Below, in pieces: positions 1-18,450 of a DNA stretch of 64,000 bases (within the stretch, counting starts at the first letter, position 1; every line of letters begins with the position of its first letter). The position numbers and the translations under genes were made by a program. Origin of the DNA: the human T2T-CHM13v2.0 reference genome, Homo sapiens. Where the stretch lies: NCBI RefSeq assembly GCF_009914755.1, contig NC_060927.1; one strand, given 5' to 3'. Under the pieces are notes generated by a model. It had not been told where the DNA came from and ran no database searches. It saw only the letters and a program-made list of their open reading frames with translations.

Positions 1-2866
<2,866 letters not shown>

Positions 2867-3059
2867 CCATGAAACTAGGTAAGTTACCTAGACGAGTCGG
2901 TGATAGAGAGCAAAGGACAAACCTCTAAGACACTACAATATCAAGTGTGGCAAAGAATCCAAAAATAAGATTGAGAATGCCCATGAAATAAGATAAAAAC
3001 CAGACAAGTGCAGTGTCATAGAAGTCTGGAACAAAGTGGCTCAAAAGAAGAGTCTAGTT

Positions 3060-3620
3060 AAATACATTATGACCCAGGAACTATAGTTCTAGGTATTACG
3101 AAACAGAAACATACATAGGAGATAACCATAAGGATGCTCCTAGAAGTATTGTTTGTAACAGCAAAAAAGGTGGAAACAATGTAAGTGACCACCTACAGGA
3201 CAACAGATAAATTGTAGATTATTCATACAGAGGAACACTACACAGTAGTGAAAGTAAACACTCTAGGGCCATGCATGGAAACATGAATCGGTCTCATAAC
3301 AAAATACTGAATAAAAAGAGCAAATTGCAAAAGAAGATATGTAAGAATAATTTTTAATATAGGGTCTAAAAATATAAAAAACAACACTATATACTTATAT
3401 AAGGGAACATATATGTAGCAAATATACAAAAACAATGTGTGGTAACAATAAATATCAATCCAGTATAGTGGCTACATCTAGGGGCATAGGATAGGGATAC
3501 AATTGGGAAGAGATACATGGGGACTTCAGCTGAATTAATAATTTTTACTCCTTAAGCTAGATGGCAAATACAAATGTTTATTATATTTTTGGTACCTTAT
3601 ATCTGAAGGACTTCATAATC
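3060..3620 (+). mobile_element. Ancient L1M 3'-end fragment
   Basis: Degenerate L1 3' motifs (TATGACCCAGGAACT..., AAATTGTAGATTATTCATAC, AGCAAATTGCAAAAG); boundaries approximate. Confidence 0.55.
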
Positions 3621-5270
3621 ATTCAGCACAACAATAACCAAAAAAGGGAGTAGTTCATCAGGTCAAAAGCTGCTGTGAATAAAGTCAGGAGAGAGAAGTG
3701 ATACTTGGATTTGCAAAGACAGAGGTCACAACTGGCCTAGGTAAGAATCACTTCAGCAGAACAGTGAGAGATAAAGGTCATGTGAAGTGGTTTAACTAGG
3801 AAAACACCCAGTACAGGCAACTATGCAGAAGAGCTCTATGACAGGGAGCAGAGAAATCCGGCATGCAGCTAGACAGAGAAATGGGATCATTTCCCTTTGA
3901 AATATGGATTTTAGAGGCTTGTCTGTATGACAACAGGAAGAAGTCACTAAAAGCAGAAGAACAGCTGATACAGGAGCTGAAGAGCATGACTACAGGAACA
4001 CAGTCCATGAAAAGGCAGAAGAGGTACCCAGTACTAGTGGAGGGGTCAAGGTTAGATAGTATCAGGTATTTTATTTCCAAAGCAGCATCCCCAGTAGTAT
4101 TCAAGCAGATATTGCATCCACAACATAATGATACTAATGGCAACTAAGAAAAGTATGCAAATTTGCAGGGAAAATAGCAGACAGGAGGCAGGACTAACTA
4201 GCAGCTCCCACTCAGATGGACAGAGCAGTGTGTGGAGACCCATATCATGAAATTTTGCTCCAAGAACTACAGCAGGAACATACCAGGAAAGCGGAGGGTA
4301 TTCACAGGCCCTTTGAAGGAGGCGGATTGCCACTGCAGACTCCGTGGGACAGCTGAGGAACTGAGTCGGCCTGCTTTCTCAGCTGGGAGGCTTGTGGTCT
4401 GGGGCAAGTTCTCAGCCCTGACCACCAGCTGCCTGGAAATGAACTCAGTGCTACAGATGAGGCACAGTGGGAGGAAGACCAGCCTTTAGGGCTGGGGGAT
4501 GCATGGGAGCTGGGTGAGGCCTGTAACAGCCAGCTTTCCCCCAATTCCCTGGTGACCTGTGTGACACAGCAGAGGCAGCCATAATCCCCCTGGGAACATA
4601 ACTCCATTGGCCCGTTCACACCCCTATTCCCCATAGCAGCTGCAGCAAGCCCCACCCAAGGAGAGACTGACCTCAGACATGCCTAACCCTGCCCCAACCC
4701 GATGGTCTTCTCTACCCACACTGGTGGCCGAAGACAAAGGACATAAGCTCTTGGGAGCTCTGGGGCCCCACCCACCGCATGATCATCTCTATACTACCAT
4801 AGCTGATGCACTCTTGAAAGCACCACCTCCTGGCTGGAGACCAACCAACACAAAACCAGCACACTTAACAAAAATACAACCAAGGACCCTCACTGAGTCC
4901 ACTTCACTCCCCGGCTACCTCCACCAGAGCAGGTGCTGGTATCCACAGCTGACAGACATGAAGATGAATCATATCACAGGACTCCCTGCAGACACTGCCC
5001 AGTACCAACCCAGAGCCCAGTAGCTCCACTAGGTGGCTAGATCCAGAAGAAAAATAACAATTATTGCAGTTCAGCTCTCAGTAAGCCCCATCCTAGAGGA
5101 AAGGTGAGAGCACCACATCAGGGGAGCACCCTGTGGGACAAAAGAATCTGAAGAGCAGCCTCTGAGTCCCAGATCTTCCCTCTGACATAGTCTACCCAAA
5201 TGAGGAAGAACCACAAAAATAATTCTTGTGACATGACAAAACAAGGTTCTTTAACACCCCCAAAAGATCA

Positions 5271-5668
<398 letters not shown>

Positions 5669-7510
5669 GGAGGCACCAGAGAAAGGTGAAGTCCAACTTA
5701 AATAAATCAAAAAATAATACAGGTATGAATGGAAAATGTTCAGTGAAATAGATAGCATAAATAAAAAACAATCACAACTTCTGGAAATGAAGGACACGCT
5801 CAGAGAAATGCAAAATGCACTGAAAAGTCTCAGCAATAGAGTCGGACAAGTAGAAGAACTTCAGAGCTCAAATGTAAGGCTTTTGAATTAACCCAAATTG
5901 ATAAAGACAAAGAAAAAAGAATTTTTAAAAAATGAACAAAGCCTCGAAGAAGTTTGAGATTACGATAAACGACCAAACCTAAGAATAATTGCTGTTCCTG
6001 AGGAAGAAGAGAAATCTAAAAGTTTGCAAAACATATTTGAGGGAATAATTGAGGAAAACTTCCTCAGCCTTGCTAGAGATCTAGACATCCGAATACAAGA
6101 AGCTCAAAGAACACCTAGGAAATTCATTGCAAAAAGATCATCGCCTAGGCATACAGTCATCAGGTTACCTAAAGTCAAGATGAAAGAAAGAATCTTAAGA
6201 GCTGTGAGGCAAAAGCATCAGGTAACCTATAAAGGAAAACCTATCAGATTAACAGCAGATGTCTCAGCCGAAACCCTACAAGCTAGAAGGGACTGGGGTC
6301 CTATCTTTAGCCTTCTTAAACAAAACAATTATCAGCCAAGAACTTTGTATCCAGTGAAACTAAGCTGCATAAATGAAGGAAAGATACTGTCTTTGTCAGA
6401 CAAAAAACTTCTGAGAGAATTTGCCACTACCAAGCCAGCATTACAAGAACTACTAAAAGGAGTTCTAAATCTTGAAACAAATCCTCCAAATACACAAAAA
6501 TAGGAAATCCTTAAAGCATAAATCTCACAGGACCTATAAAATAACACAATGGAAAAAAACCCAAGGTATTCAGGCAAAAAAAAAAAAAAAACAGCACAAT
6601 GAACAAAATAGTACTTCACATGTCAATATTAACATTGAATGCAAATTGCCTAAATTCTCCACTTAAAATATTCCAAATGGCAAAACGGATAAGAATTCAC
6701 CAACCAAGTATCTGCTATCTTCAAGAGACTCGTGATACATAAGGACTCACATAAACTTAAGGTAACAGGGTGAAAAAAGATATTCTATGCAAATGGACAA
6801 CAAAAGTGAGCAGGAGTAGCTATTCTTATTTGAGACAAAATAAACTTCAAAGCAACAGCAGTTAAAAAAGACAAAGAGGGACATAATACAATAATAAAAG
6901 GACTAGTCCAAAAGGAAAACATCACAATCCTAAATATATATGCACCTAATACTGGAGCTTCCAAACTTATAAAACAATTACTACTAGACCTAACAAATGA
7001 GATAGACAGCAATACAATAATTGTGGGGGACTTCAATACTCCACTGACAGCACTAGACAGGTCTTTAAGACAGAAAGTCAACAAAGAAACAATAAACTAT
7101 ACGTTACAACAAATGCACTTCACAGATATTTACAGAGGATCCTACCCAACAACTGCAGAATATACATTCTATTCATCAGCACATGGAACATTCTTCAAGG
7201 TAGACCATATGATAGCCACAAAACAAGTCTCAACAAATTTAAGAAAATCGAACTTATAGCAAGTACTTTCTCAGACCACAGTGGAATAAAATTGGAAATC
7301 AACTCCAAAAGAAACCCTCAAAACCATGCGAATACATGGAAATTAAATAACCTGCTCCTGAATGATTGTTGGGTCAACAATAAAATCAAGATGGAAATTA
7401 AAAAATTATTTGAACTGAATGATAATAGTGATACAACCTATGAAAACCTCTGTGATACAGCAAAGGCAGTGCTAATAGCATTAACTGCCTACATCAAAAA
7501 GTTTGAAAGG

Positions 7511-7853
<343 letters not shown>

Positions 7854-10645
7854 TCACACCTCACAGAACTGGAGAAACAAAACAATCCAAACCCAAACCC
7901 AGCAGAAGAAAAGAAATAGTCAAGATCAGAACAGAACTAAATGAAATTGAAACAAAAAAAATACAAAAGATTAAGTGAAACAAAAGGTTGGTTTTTTGAC
8001 AAGATAAATAAAACTAATAAACGATTATTGAGGTTAGCCAAGAAAATAAGAGAGAAAATCCAAATAAGCTCAATTAGAAATGAAATGGGAGATATTACAA
8101 CAAATACCACAGAAATACAAAAAATCATTCAAGGCTATTATGAACACCTTTATGTGCATAAACTAGAAAACCTAAAGGAGATGGGTAGAAATATACAACC
8201 CTCCTAGATTAAACCAAGAATACATAGAAACTGAACAGACCAATAACAAGCAGCAAGATTGCAATGGTAATTAAAAAGTTACCAACAAAAAAAAAAGTCC
8301 AAGACCAGAAAGATGCACAGCTGAATTCTATCAGACATTCAAAGAAGAACTGGTACCAATCCTACTGACACTACTCCAAAAGACAAAGAAATAGGGAATC
8401 CTCCCGAAATCATTCTATGAAGTCCATATCACCCTAACACCAAAACCAGGAAAGGATATTCCAAATAAAAGAAAACTACAGACCAATATCCCTGATGAAC
8501 ACAGATGCAAAAATCCTCAACAAAATACTAGCTAAGCAAATCCAACAGCATATCAAAAAGATAATCCACCATGATCAAGTGGGTTTCACACCAGGGATTT
8601 AGGGATGGTTTTACATCTAGGGATGGTTTAACATCCTCAAGTCAATAAATGTGATACACTACATAAAAGAATTAAAAACAAAAATCATATGATCACCTCA
8701 ATAGACACAGAAAAAGCATTTGACAAAATCTAGCATCCCTTTATGGTTAAAACCCTCAGCAAAATCAGCATAGAAGAAACACACCTTAAGGTAATAAAAG
8801 CCATCTATGACAAACCCACAGCCAACATTATACTGAATGCGGAAAAGTTGAAAGCATTCCCCCTGAGAACTGGAGCAAGACAAGGATGCCCACTTTCACC
8901 ACTTCTATTCACCCTAGTACTGGAAGTCCTAGCCAGAGCAATCAGACAAGAGAAAGAAATAAAGGGCATCCAAATCAATAAAGAGGAAGTCAAACTGTCA
9001 CTGTTTGCTAATGAAAATGATTGTGTATCTAGAAAACCCTAAAGACTTATCCAAAAAGCTTCTGGTACTGGTAAATGAATTCAGCAAAGTTTTAGGATAC
9101 AAAATTAATATATACAAATCAGTAGCTCTGCTATACACCACTATACACCAACAGCTACCAAGCAGAGAATCAAATCAAGAACTCAGCCCCTTTTACAATA
9201 CCTACAAAAAAAATAAAATAAAATACATAGGAATATACTTAACCAAAGAGCTGAAAGACCTCTACAAAGAAAAGTACAAAACACTGCTGAAAGAAATAAC
9301 AGATGACACAAACAAATGGAAACACAAACCATGCTCATGATGGGTAGAATCAGTGTTGTGAAAATGACCACACTGCAAAAAGCAATCCACAAATTCAATG
9401 CAATTCCCATCAAAATACCATCATCAAATTCAATGCAATTCTCATCAAAATACCATCATCATTCTTCACAGAACTAGAAAAAAATTTATATGGAACCAAA
9501 AAAGAGCCTGCATAGCCAAAGCAAGACTAAGCAAAAAGAACAAATCTAGAGGTCTTACATTACCTGACTTCAAACTATAGCATACGGCTACAGTCACCAA
9601 AACAGCATGGTACTGGTATAAAAACAGGCATTTAGACCAATAAAACAGAATAGAGAACCCAGAAATAAAGCCAAATACTTACGGTCAACTGATCTTCAAC
9701 AAAACAAACAAAAACATAAAGTGGGGAAAGGACACTCTATTGAACAAATGGTGCTGAGATAATTGGCAAGTCGCACGTAGAATAACGAAACTGGATCCTC
9801 ATCTCTCACCTTATACAAAAATCAACTAGAGATGGATCAAAGACTTAAATCTAAAACCTGAAACCATAAAAATTCTAGAACATTGGAAAAACTCTTCTAG
9901 ACATTGACTTAAGCAAAGACTTCAACAAGATAAAGATAAATAGATGAGATTTAATTAAACTAAAAAGCTTCTGCACAGCAAAAGAAATAATCAGCAGAGT
10001 AAACAGACAACCCATAGAGTAGGAGAAAATTTTTGCAATCTACACATCCAACAAAGAACTAATATCCAGTCTACAAGGAATTCAAACAAATCAGCAACAA
10101 AAAACAAACAATACCATCAAAAAGTGGCCTAAGGCCATGAATAGACAATTCTCAAAAGAAGATATACAAATGGGCAATAAACATATGAAAAAAATGCTCA
10201 ACATCACTAATTATCAGAGAAATGTAAATCGAAACTACAACATGATACCACCTTACTCCTGCAAGAATGGCCATAATCAAAAACTCAAAAAATAATAGAT
10301 GTTGGCATGGATGTGGTCAAAAGGGAACACTTTTACACTATTGTTAGGAATGTAAAATAGTACAACCACCATGGAAAACAGTGTGGAGATTCCTTCCTTA
10401 AAGAACTAAAAGTAGATCTACCATTTGATCCAGCAATCCCTCTCCAGGGTATCTACCCACAGGAAAAGAAGTCATTACACGAAAAAGATACTTGTGCACA
10501 CATTTATACCAGCACAATTTGCAACTGAAAAAATATGCCCATCAATCAACGTGTGGATAAAGAAAATGTGGCACATATTAATATATACTATGGAATACTA
10601 CTCAGCCATAAAAAGGAACGAAATAATGGCATTTGCAGCAACTTA

Positions 10646-10957
<312 letters not shown>

Positions 10958-10960
<3 letters not shown>

Positions 10961-11120
10961 AAATTAGAATATAGGTATAGATATAGAATATCTATAGATA
11001 TAAAATATATCTAGATATAAAATTCTATAGATATAAAATATATCTACAAAATATCTATATTCTATATAGAGATAATTTATATCTATAGATATAGATATAG
11101 AATATCTATAAAATTAGAAT
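10958..11120. repeat. AT-rich degenerate tandem/palindromic low-complexity tract
   Basis: Repeated TATCTATAGATA-like units bounded by the direct repeat ATAAAATTAGAAT (10958-10970, 11108-11120). Confidence 0.8.
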
Positions 11121-11935
11121 CCATAAATCCCCAGTAATATAAATAACTGAATAAATAAATGCAAAAATGGGAAAGCTCTTTCTTAAAGTAAAATTCCAAG
11201 TAACAAGCTTAGAAGAAATGATTAAAACAGAAAAATCACCATTTGGCAAATGCCACAGTAATAATTATTGCAGACAAGAATCATCACTGACCAAAACTAT
11301 GATGAGAAATAAAATATTCGCAGTCTTAAAGCACCTCCCCATATAACATTTGTTGAACACAAAAAGAAAAAGAGTAACTTTGCAAAGGAGAACCATGGCA
11401 GGCAGTAGCTTAAACAAGTGATCAGAGTTAACAGCACCAGTAATACAAGACATTCACATCACATCCTTCTTGACATGACACACTAGGAAGAACACAGTAT
11501 CATTTCTGTGGTATTCTTGCTAAAAAACACATAACCTGAATTTAATCAAACATCAAACAAGCCCAAATTTGGGACATTCTACAAAACAACCCTTCAAAAA
11601 TGGCAAGATGATAAAAAGCAAAGAAAAACCAAGGACCTATCCAAATTAAAGGAGACATGAAAACTACCTGCAAAATTTCATCCTGGATTAAATAACTAGA
11701 ACCAGGGAAAGGCCATTAGTACACAATTAATGAAATGTAAACAGTATATAGATTAAACAATATCATTTGAATCTGTGTTAAATTCCTGATTTTGACAACT
11801 ATACTGTAGTTATGTAAAATGTTAATGTTTGGGGAGTCTGAATAAGGTGCATACAGGAATTATTTGTACTACTTTTGGAACTGTTTTGTAAGTCTAAAAT
11901 AATTCAAACTAAAATGTTGATAAAATAAAAATAAA
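11121..11935 (+). mobile_element. Ancient L1MC-like 3' fragment
   Basis: Degenerate L1MC 3' UTR motifs (CATTTGGCAAATGCC, TTAAATTCCTGATTTTGAC, GTAAGTCTAAAATAATTC) ending in an A-rich tail. Confidence 0.65.
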
Positions 11936-12391
11936 ACTCGGCCAATGCCACAATTGTCCAATGCAGAGCTGGGACAATCTGGTTCCACTGCACCTTGGGA
12001 CCACTCAACACTGTCAAGGACTATCTCAGGTACCAGGAACTATTCTAAATGCCCCACACATACTAACATGCAGATATTATTAGTATCATCCTCCTCATCA
12101 TCATCTCCTTCTTCATGAGGCAGAGAAGGGTTAGGAAATGTTTTCGATATCATACATCTAGCGAGTAGTAAGACCACAACATCAAATACTAGTCTGACCT
12201 CAAAGTCCGCGATTTCAGGTTCTTAATATCCTATAAAACAGATGCTATGAATTGAGAATAAAAAATCTGGAAGTCTTATTTATTTAAATCTGTGTTAATT
12301 TCCTGATTTTGACAATTGTACTGTAATTATGTAAAATGTTAATGTTTGAAATGTAACATTAAAATTTAAAAATTAAAAAATTCAATATGAG

Positions 12392-12903
<512 letters not shown>

Positions 12904-12906
12904 TTT

Positions 12907-12924
12907 TGGCAACCACAAAGGGAC
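12907..12924 (+). other. Primer binding site (HERV-W type, conventionally assigned to tRNA-Trp)
   Basis: TGGCAACCACAAAGGGAC, 3 nt after the LTR terminal CA. Confidence 0.8.
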
Positions 12925-12934
12925 CTCCAAAGCG

Positions 12935-14026
12935 ATGGGAAACATTCCCCCCAAGGCAAAAACGCCCCTAAGATGTATTCTGGAGAATTGGGACCAATGT
13001 GACACTCAGACGCTAAGAAAGAAACGATTTATATTCTTCTGCAGTACCGCCTGGCCACAATATCCTCTTCAAGGGAGAGAAACCTGGCTTCCTGAGGGAA
13101 GTATAAATTATAACATCATCTTACAGCTAGACCTCTTCTGTAGAAAGGAGGGCAAATGGAGTGAAGTGCCATATGTGCAAACTTTCTTTTCATTAAGAGA
13201 CAACTCACAATTATGTAAAAAGTGTGGTTTATGCCCTACAGGAAGCCCTCAGAGTCCACCTCCCTACCCCAGCGTCCCCCCCCCGACTCCTTCCTCAACT
13301 AATAAGGACCCCCCTTTAACCCAAACGGTCCAAAAGGAGATAGACAAAGGGGTAAACAATGAACCAAAGAGTGCCAATATTCCCCGATTATGCCCCCTCC
13401 AAGCAGTGAGAGGAGGAGAATTCGGCCCAGCCAGAGTGCCTGTACCTTTTTCTCTCTCAGACTTAAAGCAAATTAAAATAGACCTAGGTAAATTCTCAGA
13501 TAACCCTGACGGCTATATTGATGTTTTACAAGGGTTAGGACAATCCTTTGATCTGACATGGAGAGATATAATGTTACTACTAAATCAGACACTAACCCCA
13601 AATGAGAGAAGTGCCGCTGTAACTGCAGCCCGAGAGTTTGGCGATCTTTGGTATCTCAGTCAGGTCAACAATAGGATGACAACAGAGGAAAGAACAACTC
13701 CCACAGGCCAGCAGGCAGTTCCCAGTGTAGACCCTCATTGGGACACAGAATCAGAACATGGAGATTGGTGCCACAAACATTTGCTAACTTGCGTGCTAGA
13801 AGGACTGAGGAAAACTAGGAAGAAGCCTATGAATTACTCAATGATGTCCACTATAACACAGGGAAAGGAAGAAAATCCTACTGCTTTTCTGGACAGACTA
13901 AGGGAGGCATTGAGGAAGCATACCTCCCTGTCACCTGACTCTATTGAAGGCCAACTAATCTTAAAGGATAAGTTTATCACTCAGTCAGCTGCAGACATTA
14001 GAAAAAACTTCAAAAGTCTGCCTTAG
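12935..14026 (+). CDS. HERV-W Gag, 363 aa, matrix + capsid without nucleocapsid (likely the known 3q26.32 locus, recalled as ERVW-5)
   Basis: Uninterrupted ORF with strong Kozak context GCGATGG; N-terminal MG; PPPY late-domain motif (SPPPYP); major homology region ITQGKEENPTAFLDRLREAL; ends after a frameshift (RKNFKSLP*). Expression cannot be shown from sequence. Confidence 0.85.
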   Translation: MGNIPPKAKTPLRCILENWDQCDTQTLRKKRFIFFCSTAWPQYPLQGRETWLPEGSINYNIILQLDLFCRKEGKWSEVPYVQTFFSLRDNSQLCKKCGLCPTGSPQSPPPYPSVPPPTPSSTNKDPPLTQTVQKEIDKGVNNEPKSANIPRLCPLQAVRGGEFGPARVPVPFSLSDLKQIKIDLGKFSDNPDGYIDVLQGLGQSFDLTWRDIMLLLNQTLTPNERSAAVTAAREFGDLWYLSQVNNRMTTEERTTPTGQQAVPSVDPHWDTESEHGDWCHKHLLTCVLEGLRKTRKKPMNYSMMSTITQGKEENPTAFLDRLREALRKHTSLSPDSIEGQLILKDKFITQSAADIRKNFKSLP

Positions 14027-14402
14027 GCCCGGAGCAGAACTTAGAAACCCTATTTAACTTGGCATCCTCAGTTTTTTATAATAGAGATCAGGAGGAGCAG
14101 GCGAAACGGGACAAACGGGATAAAAAAAAAAGGGGGGGTCCACTACTTTAGTCATGGCCCTCAGGCAAGCAGACTTTGGAGGCTCTGGAAAAGGGAAAAG
14201 CTGGGCAAATCAAATGCCTAATAGGGCTGGCTTCCAGTGCGGTCTACAAGGACACTTTAAAAAAGATTATCCAAGTAGAAATAAGCCGCCCCCTTGTCCA
14301 TGCCCCTTACGTCAAGGGAATCACTGGAAGGCCCACTGCCCCAGGGGATGAAGATACTCTGAGTCAGAAGCCATTAACCAGATGATCCAGCAGCAGGACT
14401 GA
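14027..14402 (+). pseudogene. Out-of-frame gag 3' end (CA C-terminus and NC with broken zinc knuckles)
   Basis: GFQCGLQGHFKKDY and CPLRQGNHWKAHC are CCHC knuckles with Cys->Gly, Cys->Tyr and Cys->Arg changes. Confidence 0.85.
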
Positions 14403-17308
<2,906 letters not shown>

Positions 17309-17571
17309 CCCCTGCACTGCAGGCCATACATTTCAATCCCTGTATCTTTAACCTCCTTGTTAAGTTTGTCTCTTCCAGAATCAAGGCTGTAAAACTACAA
17401 ATGGTTCTTCAAATGGAGCCCCAGATGCAGTCCATGACTAAAATCTACCATGGACCCCTGGACCAGCCTGCTAGCCCATTCTCCGATGTTAATGACATCG
17501 AAGACACCCCTCCAGAGGAAATCTCAACTGCACAACCCCTACTATGCCCTGATTCAGCAGGAAGTAGTTAG
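17309..17571 (+). pseudogene. HERV-W env remnants: 36-nt SU piece plus TM cytoplasmic tail
   Basis: PLHCRPYISIPV (SU-like), then CCCTGTATCTTTAACCTCCTTGTTAAG...GGAAGTAGTTAG (end of env TM); retains ATGGTTCTTCAA, which is deleted in syncytin-1 as recalled. Confidence 0.85.
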
Positions 17572-17629
17572 AGTGGTTGTCGGCCAACCTCCCCAACAGC
17601 ACTTGAGTTTTCCTGTTGAGAGGGGGGAC

Positions 17630-17955
17630 TGAGAGACAGGACTAGCTGGATTTCCTAGGTCGACTAAGAATCCCTAAGCCTAGCTGGGAAGGTGACCGTG
17701 TCCACCTTTAAACACAGGGCTTGCAACTTAGCTCACACCCGACCAGTAAGAGAGCTCACTAAAATGCTAATTAGGCAAAACAGGAGGTGAAGAAATAGCC
17801 AATCATCTATTGCCTGAGAGCACAGTGGGAGGGACAATGATCGGGATATAAACCCAGGCATTCGAGCCAGCAACAGCTACCCTCTTTGGGTCCCCTCCCT
17901 TTGTATGGGAGCTCTTGTTTTCACTCTATTTCACTCTATTAAATCTTGCAACTGC
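17630..17955 (+). promoter_or_regulatory. 3' LTR17 U3-R with CCAAT, TATA and poly(A) signal
   Basis: Polypurine tract GAGAGGGGGGAC (17618-17629) then TGAGAGACAGG; CCAAT 17799-17803; TATAAA 17847-17852; ATTAAA 17938-17943. Confidence 0.88.
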
Positions 17956-18199
17956 AAAAAAAAAATTCAATATGAGATTAGAAGTCAAGAACATGTCTCA
18001 AATTAAAACAAAAAAAGAATGATAAAAGATAGCAGAGACAAACAATATAAAGTATCTATCCATCAATTATACTTCAATAAAGCTAGAAAAATAAAAAAGA
18101 ATCAATCAAGCAGAACCATGACAATAGCTAACAGGATTCCTAGAAGGAAAGACAAAAAAATCTGGAGAATAGTGACTAAGAAAGAATATTTTTTTTTTT

Positions 18200-18450
18200 T
18201 GGGAGACCAAGGCAGGTGGACCATCTGAGGTCAGGAGTTCGACACCAGCCTGGGCAACGTGGTGAAACCCTGCCTCTACTAAAAATACAAAAAAATTAGC
18301 TGGGCGTGGTGGCAGGCACCTGTAATCCCAGCTACTCAGGTGGCTGAGACAGGAGAATCGCTTAAACACAGGAGGCAGAAGTTGCAGTGAGTTGAGACTA
18401 CACCACTGCCCTCTAACCTGGGTGACAGAGTGAGACTCTGTCTCAAAAAT
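18200..18450 (+). mobile_element. 5'-truncated AluS within degenerate ancient L1-like sequence
   Basis: Starts at GGGAGACCAAGGCAGGTGG after a T run; complete right arm. Confidence 0.88.
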
